Shown piece after piece: positions 7,464 to 14,109 of a DNA stretch of 14,109 nt (positions are counted from its first letter, which is position 1; each line of letters opens with the position of its first letter). The DNA is from Gemmatimonadota bacterium (GTDB lineage Bacteria; Gemmatimonadota; Gemmatimonadetes; Gemmatimonadales; GWC2-71-9): the NCBI GenBank assembly GCA_003221005.1, contig QHTZ01000089.1, positions 1 through 14,109 of the forward strand, given 5' to 3'. Made by a program: the position numbers and the translations under genes. The notes beneath the pieces are model-generated. The model saw only the letters and a program-made list of their open reading frames with translations, was not told where the DNA came from and made no database searches.

Positions 7464-7650
7464 ATGAAGATCCTGCTCGTCGAGGACGAAGCGGTTACCC
7501 GTCTGACGCTGCGCGCGATCCTGAGCGCCCAGGGGCACGACGTGACCGAGGCCGAGAACGGCAGCGACGCCTGGGGCGCCCAAGGCCGAGTTCAGTCACG
7601 GCGTGTGTCCCGAGTGCTACGAGAAGCACTTGAAGCCGCAGCTGGGCTGA
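7464..7650 (+). pseudogene. Internally deleted response regulator (REC N-terminus joined out of frame to an FSHGxCPEC C-terminus)
   Basis: 7464-7580 encodes MKILLVEDEAVTRLTLRAILSAQGHDVTEAENGSDAWGA. After one extra base, 7582-7650 encodes KAEFSHGVCPECYEKHLKPQLG*. The phospho-acceptor Asp and most of the REC domain are missing. Confidence 0.85.
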
Positions 7651-7745
7651 CTTCAGCCGTCACCTGTCAGCGTTCAGTTGAACTCCACTCGGCGCGCTGC
7701 GATATTGACCCCACGCTGACGGCTGAAGGCTGATAGCTGACGGCT
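7651..7745. repeat. Inverted repeat built of 7-nt units (TCAGCnn x4 / GCTGAnn x4) upstream of the tRNA
   Basis: tcagccg tcacctg tcagcgt tcag (7653-7677) versus gctgacg gctgaag gctgata gctgacg gct (7715-7745); 7655-7677 pairs with 7723-7745 at 20/23. Confidence 0.85.
7678..7706 (+). promoter_or_regulatory. Putative sigma70 promoter of tRNA-Asn
   Basis: TTGAAC (7678-7683), 17 nt, GATATT (7701-7706), with TGn extension at 7698-7700. Confidence 0.5.
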
Positions 7746-7750
7746 CTTCT

Positions 7751-7823
7751 TCCCGAGTAGCTCAGCTGGTAGAGCAGCCGGCTGTTAACCGGCGGGTCGG
7801 GGGTTCGAGTCCCTCCTCGGGAG
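7751..7823 (+). tRNA. tRNA-Asn (GTT), 3'-CCA not encoded
   Basis: Acceptor stem TCCCGAG/CTCGGGA, D arm GCTC-AGCTGGTA-GAGC, anticodon arm GCCGG-CTGTTAA-CCGGC (GTT at 7784-7786), T loop TTCGAGT, discriminator G followed by CTC. Confidence 0.97.
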
Positions 7824-7871
7824 CTCCGGAGGTCCGCAGGCGCATGACGCGGTCGGGTCACCCACTTCCCT

Positions 7872-10698
7872 GTGGCCGGTAAGCGCCGGCCGCAGCGCTC
7901 CTCCAGCCGGCAGCGGAGGCGCGCGCCGGTTCCGCGGCCCTCAACTGCTCCGCTGCCACCGGACCTGCTGCGCTCGCTGGTGGAGCATGGCTCGGATGCG
8001 ATCGCGCTGCTCGACGCGGCCGGCACCACGCTTTACACCAATCAGACCGCGACACGGGTCCTGGGCTATCCAGTCGACGAGCTGATCGGCCGACCTCCGT
8101 TCGACCTGGTACATCCCGACGACCTCTCACGGGCGCAGGAGCTGTTCGGGCGTCTGCTCTCGCACCGCGCCGAACCCGTCGCGGCCCAGGTAAGGTGCCG
8201 GGGCCGGGACGGCGTGTACCGGCTGCTCGACGTCGTGGCCATCAACCGACTCGACGACCCCGCGGTCGGGGCGATCGTGGCGAGCTACCGCGACATCACC
8301 GAGCGTCATCGGACCGAGGCCGAGCTCCAGCAGACAGAGCTGCGCCACAGCGTCCTCGTAGAATCGGTGCAGGCGATCCTGTGGCGCAGTGACGCCCGCA
8401 CCTTCCAGTTCGAATTCGTAAGCCACGAAGCCGAAGCGTTGCTCGGCTATCCGGTCGAGCGCTGGACCACCGAGCCGACGTTCTGGCTGGACCACGTCCA
8501 CGCTGACGATCGGGACTGGGCGTCGGGCTATTGCCACCATGAAACGGAGCTGCTGCGGCCACACGAGATGGAGTACCGCATGCTCGCGGCCAATGGGCGG
8601 GCGGTCTGGCTGCGCGACGTTATTCGCGTCCTCCCGGAGCAGGGCCGCCCGCGGTGGCTGGTCGGCGTGATGCTCGACATCACGGCCCGGAAGCGGGCCG
8701 AGCAGGTGCAGGACGCCACGTACCGCATCGCCGACGCGGCCAACACGGCTCCGGACTTCCCCACGCTGCTGCGCCGGATCCACGAGATCGTCAGCGAGCT
8801 CATGCCGGCGAAGAACTTCTACATCGCCGTGTTCGACCCCGCGACCGAGACCTTGAGCTTTCCTTACTTCGTGGACGAGGTGGACCGGCAAGACCCCGCC
8901 CGCCCCCTCCGCAAGGGGCTGACGGAGTATGTGCTGCGCACGGGGCAGCCGTTGCTCGCGACGCCGGCCGTGTACGAGAGCCTGGTCGCGCGGGGCGAGG
9001 TCGAGCTGATCGGGGCTCCGTCGATCGACTGGCTCGGAGTCCCCCTCAAGGTGCAGGACCAGACGATCGGTGTGGCAGTGATCCAGAGCTATACCGAGGG
9101 AGTGCGCTACGGCGAGCAAGAACGGGACATCCTGGAGTTCGTGTCCACGCAAGTCGCGCTCGCGATCGAGCGCAAGCGCACGGAAGACGCGCTGCGCCGC
9201 GCCGAGGAGCGGTATCGCGCCTTCATCGCCCAATCGACGGAGGGCATCTGGCGCTTCGAGATGAAGCGACCGCTTGCCGTCGACCTGCCGACCGAAGAGA
9301 TGATCGAGCGGTTCTTCCTCGACAGCTACCTCGCCGAGTGCAACGACGCGATGGCGCAGATACACGGCTTCGGCTCGGCGCGGGAGATCGCCGGCAAGCG
9401 GCTGGCGGAGTTCCTGGTCCGCTCCGATCCCAGGAACGTGGAGTTCCTGCGCGCCTTCGCGGAATCGGGGTTCCGCCTCAGCGACGTCGAGTCCCACGAG
9501 GTAGACCGGGAAGGGCGCCCTAAGATCTTCCTCAACAACCTCATCGGAGTGGTCGAGGACGGCCACCTCGTGCGGGCCTGGGGCTCGCAGCGCGACATCA
9601 CCGAGCGCCGCCGCCTCGAGGACCAGATCCGGCAGTCCCAGAAGGTGGAGGCGGTCGGCCGGCTCGCCGGCGGGATCGCCCACGATTTCAACAACATTCT
9701 CACGGCAATCCTCGGCACGACGCAGATCCTGGAGAACGAGCTCGGGCCCGACGGCCGCCACCGCGCCGAGGTGGAGGAGATCCGCCGGGCGGCGGAGCGC
9801 GCCGCCGACCTCACTCGCCAGCTGCTCGCCTACAGCCGCCGCCAGGTGCTCGCCCCACGCGCGCTCGACTTGAACGTCGTCGTGGCCGGCCTCGAGCCGA
9901 TGCTGCGGCGACTCATCGGCGAGGACGTGGAGCTCGCCACGCGGCTCGCCCCCGGCGTGGCGTCCGTCGAAGCCGATCCGGGCCAGCTCGGGCAGGTGAT
10001 CGTGAATCTGGCGATCAACGCCCGCGACGCGATGCCGCAGGGCGGCAAGCTCGTGATCGAGACCGCAAACGCCGAGCTCGATGCCGCCTTCGCGCGTACC
10101 CACGCCGGAGCGGTGCCCGGCGCGTACGTGCAGCTCAGCGTGAGCGACACCGGGATCGGGATGGACGGTGAAGCAGAGCGGCGGCTACATCTGGCTGGAC
10201 ACCGAAGCCGGCCGCGGCACCACGTTCCGGATCTGCCTGCCGCGGAGCTCCGGCGTCCCCGCGGCGGCCGCGCCGCGCGACCCGGCGACCGCACCCGCCG
10301 GCGGCGCCGAGACGATCCTCCTCGTGGAAGACGAAGAGGCGGTCCGCACGCTCACCACCCGCGCGCTCACAGCGCGCGGCTACACGGTGCTCGTCGCCGC
10401 CAACGGGCCCGACGCGCTGCGATTGGCGGAGCCCCTCGCAGCGCCGATCCACCTGCTGCTCACCGACGTCGTCATGCCCGAAATGAGCGGCCGGGAGCTC
10501 ACCCGCCGCCTCACGGCGTCGCGCCCGGGCCTCAGAGTGCTGTATATGTCGGGATATTCGGAGGAGGCCATCGCCCGCCACGGAGTGCTCGATCCCGGCA
10601 CCGCCTTCCTACAAAAGCCGTTCACCCCCGACGCCCTGGCATGGCGTGTGCGGGAGGTCCTGAGTGCGCCGGCCGCGGGGGTCGGAGCCGGTCCCTAG
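7872..10698 (+). pseudogene. Cytoplasmic hybrid histidine kinase PAS-PAS-GAF-PAS-HisKA-HATPase-REC, disrupted by an internal deletion/frameshift at ~10167
   Basis: H-box [16 protein letters not shown]-box NLAINARDAM, G1 SDTGIGMD, then atg gac g|gtg aag cag agc. The frame shifts to VKQSGGYIW...ETILLVEDE...LLTDVVMP...FLQKPF (10168-10698). F-box and G2 box absent. May be an intact gene with an assembly gap. Confidence 0.85.
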
Positions 10699-10797
10699 TC
10701 CGGAGGCGCACGAGGCTCTACTGAAGGGCGCCGCGCCCGTGAAGTCGTTGCAGTCCTCCCTCGCCTGTTTCACGCCCGCTTTCACACGAACGCTCCT

Positions 10798-10821
10798 ATC
10801 TGTGGCGCCATCGCCACAGAT
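10798..10821. promoter_or_regulatory. Perfect 10-bp inverted repeat upstream of the LuxR-type regulator
   Basis: ATCTGTGGCG-CCAT-CGCCACAGAT, 21 nt before the GTG start; no U-tract. Confidence 0.55.
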
Positions 10822-10842
10822 CTGCTCCCTGCGGAGCCCGCC

Positions 10843-11442
10843 GTGACGTCGCCTGAGGCACACACACCTCTTCGGGTGCTCTTGCTGGAGGACGACGCGG
10901 CGGAGGCGGAGTTGATCACGCGCGAGCTCGAGCGTGCCGGCGTTGCCCACGTCGCGGAGCGGGTCGAGACGGAGGCCGCCTTCATGCGCGGGCTTCGCCG
11001 CTTCGCCCCCGACGTGGTCCTCTCGGACCACGCGCTGGCGCAGTTCGACGCGCTGGCCGTCCTCAAGACGGTTCGCGCGCAGCGACCGGGCACGCCGGTC
11101 ATTGTCGTGACGGGAACGCGCAACGAGCAGCGCGCGGTGGAATGCCTCAAGGCGGGAGCGGAGGACTACGTCCTCAAGGAGAACCTCGCTCGCCTAGGTC
11201 CCACGATCACGACGGCCCTCTCCGTTCGGGAGCCGCTCCGGTCCTTGAGTCCGCGACAGCGCGAGGTGTTGTTGCTCATCGCCCAGGGCTACGGGACCCG
11301 GGAGATCGCGCGGCGGCTCGAGCTCGGCGTAAAGACCATCGAGACGCATCGAGCGGCGGTGATGAAGCGCCTCGACCTCCACGACGTCGCGAGCCTCGTG
11401 CGGTTCGCGATTCGGGTCGGCATGATCGCCGCGGCGCCATAG
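10843..11442 (+). CDS. Response regulator, REC plus LuxR/NarL-type HTH
   Basis: VLLLEDD, VVLSD (phospho-Asp), VVTG, DYVLK; HTH LSPRQREVLLLIAQG...EIARRLELGVKTIETHRAAVMKRL; GGAG Shine-Dalgarno at 10833-10836. Confidence 0.95.
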   Translation: MTSPEAHTPLRVLLLEDDAAEAELITRELERAGVAHVAERVETEAAFMRGLRRFAPDVVLSDHALAQFDALAVLKTVRAQRPGTPVIVVTGTRNEQRAVECLKAGAEDYVLKENLARLGPTITTALSVREPLRSLSPRQREVLLLIAQGYGTREIARRLELGVKTIETHRAAVMKRLDLHDVASLVRFAIRVGMIAAAP

Positions 11443-11455
11443 CGGCTCGCCGCCC

Positions 11456-11487
11456 GTGCCGCAAAAGCGCCCCCTGGTGCCGCAAAA
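11456..11487 (+). promoter_or_regulatory. Direct repeat GTGCCGCAAAA x2 with 21-bp period; candidate transcription-factor site
   Basis: Copies at 11456-11466 and 11477-11487 in the intergenic region before the REC-PAS kinase. Confidence 0.55.
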
Positions 11488-11580
11488 ACACCCTAGAAAC
11501 GGTGAGGACCAGACCGTCATTAGTACTGGATATGCCGCGACGTCCTGTCCCCGTCTGGAACGGTACCCTGGCGCGCTGAC

Positions 11581-13527
11581 GTGGGGACCGAATCCGCCGG
11601 CGCCCCTTCCCCCCGCATCCTCCTCGTCGAGGATATCCCGGCCGACGCCGAGCTGATAGCGCGTGAGCTGCGGCGCGCGGGAGTCGGTGGCAGGCTCCAG
11701 CGCGTGGAGACCAGGGCCGACTACATTCGCACGCTGCATGAGTTCGCGCCCGACCTGATCATCGCCGACCACTCCCTGCCGAGCTTCAGCGCCAGCGACG
11801 CACTCGAGATGGCTCAGCGAGAGGGCGCCGGCGTCCCCGTCATCGTGGTGACCGGGAGCCTCGACGAAGAGACCGCGGCGGACTACATCAAGGCCGGCGC
11901 GGCGGATTACATCGTCAAGTCTCACCTCGAGCGCCTCGGCCCGGCCGTCCTGCGCGCGCTGGACCTGAACCGCGCCCGCGCGGAGCAGGCGCGCGCGCAA
12001 GAGCAGCTGCGGCAGAGCGAAGCGCGGTACCGTACCCTGGTCGACGGCGTGCGCGATGTCATCTTCGCGCTCGCCCCCGACGGCACGATCGCCTCCCTCA
12101 ACCCGGCGTTCGAGACGATCACCGGCTTTCCCCGCGACGAGTGGCTCGGCAGGCCGTTCGAGCAGCTCGTACACTCCGACGACCTGCCGCTCGCGTTGGA
12201 GCTCCTCTCCGGTGTGGCGCGCGGGGAGCCTCGCCCAGTCAATCAGTTCCGGATTCGCACGCGCAAGGGCGACTACCGCATGGGCGAGTTCGCCGCGACG
12301 CCGCAGTATCGGGAAGGTCAGCTGGCCAGCATCCTAGGAATCGGCCGGGACGTCACGGAGCGGCTCAGCCTCGAGCAACAGCTGCGTCAGGCGCAGAAGA
12401 TGGAGGCCGTTGGGCGTCTCGCGGGCGGCGTCGCCCACGACTTCAACAACATCCTCACGGCGATCACTGGCTACGCCGACCTGCTGCTCGAGGATCTTGG
12501 CACGACCGACCGGCGCCGCGACGATATCGCGGAGATCCGCAAGGCCGCCGAGCGCGCCGCGGGACTCACCCGTCAGCTGCTGGCGTTCAGCCGCCAGCAG
12601 GTCATGCAGGTGCGCGTCCTCGACCTCAACGACGTTGTGGCGGACACCCAGAACATGCTGGGCCGGCTGTTGGGCGAAGACATCGCACTCGTGACGCGCC
12701 TCGACCCCGCCCTGGGCGCTGTGAAGGCCGACCCTGGCCAGCTCGAGCAGGTGATCATGAACCTGGCCGTGAACGCTCGGGACGCCATGCCTGGCGGCGG
12801 GAAGCTCACAATCGAGACGGCCAACGCCGAGCTCGACGACACCTACGTCCGGGAGCATTTCCCGGCGCGACCAGGGTCCTACGTCATGCTGGCGGTGAGC
12901 GATACCGGGACGGGTATGAGCGACGAGGTGCAGAGTCATTTGTTCGAGCCCTTCTTCACGACCAAGGAGAAGGGCAAAGGCACCGGGCTGGGGCTCGCGA
13001 CGGTCTACGGAATCGTGAAGCAGAGCGGAGGCTACATCTGGGTGTACACCGAGCCGGGCCACGGTACGACCTTCAAGATCTACCTGCCGCGCGTCGCGGG
13101 AGCGCCCGCCCAGCGAGCGTCCGGACCCAAAGCGTCACCCGTCGGGGCGGGCACCGAGACCGTCCTGCTCGCGGAGGACGAAGCGGCGGTGCGCGCGGTC
13201 GCGCGGCACGCGCTCGAACGCCAGGGCTATACGGTGCTCGAGGCCTCGAGCGGTGAGGCGGCGCTCGATCTGGCCGAGCGCCACTCGGGCCGGATCCACT
13301 TGCTGCTCACCGACGTCATCATGCCCGGGATGAATGGACGCGCGCTCGCGCTGCGTCTCAGCGAGTTGCGCCCGGACCTGCGGGTCGTTTACATGTCGGG
13401 CTACACGGAGGAGGCGATCACGCGCCACGGTGTGCTCGAGCCCGGCCTCACCTACGTGCAGAAGCCGTTCACACCGGAGGGGCTGGCGCGGAAGGTACGA
13501 GAGGTGCTCGACAGACAAGAGAAGTAG
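11581..13527 (+). CDS. Hybrid histidine kinase REC-PAS-HisKA-HATPase-REC (intact)
   Basis: N-terminal REC (ILLVED, IIAD), [37 protein letters not shown]-terminal REC ([12 protein letters not shown]). Exact start codon uncertain. Confidence 0.95.
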   Translation: MGTESAGAPSPRILLVEDIPADAELIARELRRAGVGGRLQRVETRADYIRTLHEFAPDLIIADHSLPSFSASDALEMAQREGAGVPVIVVTGSLDEETAADYIKAGAADYIVKSHLERLGPAVLRALDLNRARAEQARAQEQLRQSEARYRTLVDGVRDVIFALAPDGTIASLNPAFETITGFPRDEWLGRPFEQLVHSDDLPLALELLSGVARGEPRPVNQFRIRTRKGDYRMGEFAATPQYREGQLASILGIGRDVTERLSLEQQLRQAQKMEAVGRLAGGVAHDFNNILTAITGYADLLLEDLGTTDRRRDDIAEIRKAAERAAGLTRQLLAFSRQQVMQVRVLDLNDVVADTQNMLGRLLGEDIALVTRLDPALGAVKADPGQLEQVIMNLAVNARDAMPGGGKLTIETANAELDDTYVREHFPARPGSYVMLAVSDTGTGMSDEVQSHLFEPFFTTKEKGKGTGLGLATVYGIVKQSGGYIWVYTEPGHGTTFKIYLPRVAGAPAQRASGPKASPVGAGTETVLLAEDEAAVRAVARHALERQGYTVLEASSGEAALDLAERHSGRIHLLLTDVIMPGMNGRALALRLSELRPDLRVVYMSGYTEEAITRHGVLEPGLTYVQKPFTPEGLARKVREVLDRQEK

Positions 13528-13533
13528 GGCCCG

Positions 13534-14109
13534 CTACTTCCGGTCGAGGAGCTCCCTGACGCGCGCCAGCAGATCCGCCGGCGTCCACGGCTTGTGCAGC
13601 AGCGGCACGCCGAGCTCGGGCGGCGTGGCGCGCCCGTCGCCCGGCGAGTACCCACTCGCGAACAAGAACGGCGTGGTCTTGCCCTCGCGGCGCGCGGCGT
13701 CGTAGAGCGCGCGACCGCCCAGCCGCGGCATGACGAGATCCGAGAGAATCAGGTGAATCGTCCCGGGCTGGCGCAGCACCTCGAGCGACCACCAGAATTG
13801 TCTCGCTCCCGCCGACCGCTTGATGCGGGCCGGACTGGCGGCCGTCCGACGCTACGTCGCCCTCGGACAGCGCCGGGAAGTACACCTTGACTCGCGTACC
13901 CAGTCCGGGCGAGCTGTCCACCTCGATCACGCCGCCGTGCTGCTTCACGAGCCCGTACACCGTCGCCATGCCGAGGCCTGTCCCCTTACCGGCCGGCTTG
14001 GTCGTGAAGAAGGGCTCGAATACGCGCACGCGCGTTGCCTCGTCCATCCCCACTCCAGTATCCTCGACCGCGAGGCACACCCACGTCGTCGCGGCCGTCG
14101 CGCCCGCGG
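13534..14109 (-). pseudogene. 3' part of a convergent hybrid histidine kinase (HATPase-REC) with an internal deletion/frameshift in the REC at ~13786; continues beyond the window
   Basis: [22 protein letters not shown], then ETILVV[21 protein letters not shown]...[21 protein letters not shown]. The ED acidic pocket, alpha1 and beta2 are missing. Confidence 0.82.

Noticed and set aside
7751-7823. tRNA-Asn as the attachment site of a genomic island
   Set aside because: No integrase, no duplicated tRNA 3' end and no obvious composition shift within the window. An att copy beyond the window cannot be excluded.
8127-10103. 658-aa antisense ORF, and the many other long overlapping ORFs (e.g. 2748..3569, 6591..7733, 11194..12174, 12141..13256)
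   Set aside because: Typical stop-poor shadow frames in ~70% GC DNA, overlapping well-supported genes and lacking recognisable motifs. The exception is the REC fragment at 7464 within 6591..7733, reported separately.
10168-10724. C-terminal tail of the 950-aa ORF (…AERRLHLAGHRSRP…)
   Set aside because: Out-of-frame read-through after the deletion; the true coding frame is 10168..10698.
10800-10819. CTGT...ACAG as a LexA SOS box
   Set aside because: Spacer is 12 nt rather than 8, and it is not upstream of a repair gene.
11456-11487. Repeats here, at 3604 or at 7651 as a mini-CRISPR array
   Set aside because: Units of 7-11 nt with no unique 25-45 nt spacers, and no cas genes.
9640-13500. Similar sequences in kinase 1 and kinase 2 as a DGR template/variable repeat pair
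   Set aside because: Ordinary paralogy of HisKA/HATPase/REC domains with largely synonymous differences; no reverse transcriptase and no evident adenine-specific mismatch pattern.
7581-13786. Programmed +1 frameshifting at the three junctions
   Set aside because: Essential coding segments are physically absent, so frameshifting would not restore function. There are no slippery sequences, and the shared phase has about a 1-in-4 chance among three frameshifts.

Overview
High-GC bacterial chromosomal window; gene content and style suggest Gemmatimonadota, which is inference only. Left half: the 3' end of an unknown + strand CDS, then a minus-strand run of a UPF0104/LPG-synthase-TM flippase-like gene, a triple-FHA, Pro-rich, C-terminally anchored protein and a PP2C Ser/Thr phosphatase. 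Divergent from these are a uvrA paralogue and an overlapping EamA/DMT transporter. Middle: a collapsed response-regulator remnant and tRNA-Asn(GTT). Right half: a dense two-component cluster (PAS-PAS-GAF-PAS hybrid kinase, REC-LuxR regulator, REC-PAS hybrid kinase, and a convergent hybrid kinase running off the window). The ORF track misses several things. (1) Three signalling genes each carry a clean internal deletion with a frameshift (~7581, ~10167, ~13786), either real decay or assembly-gap artefacts. (2) Hairpins built from 7-nt tandem repeats occur in-frame inside uvrA and around the tRNA promoter. (3) T-x-x-(I/L/V) motifs in the FHA linkers and the phosphatase tail suggest a self-contained pThr switch. 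(4) There are several candidate operators. No CRISPR, integrase or transposase was seen.
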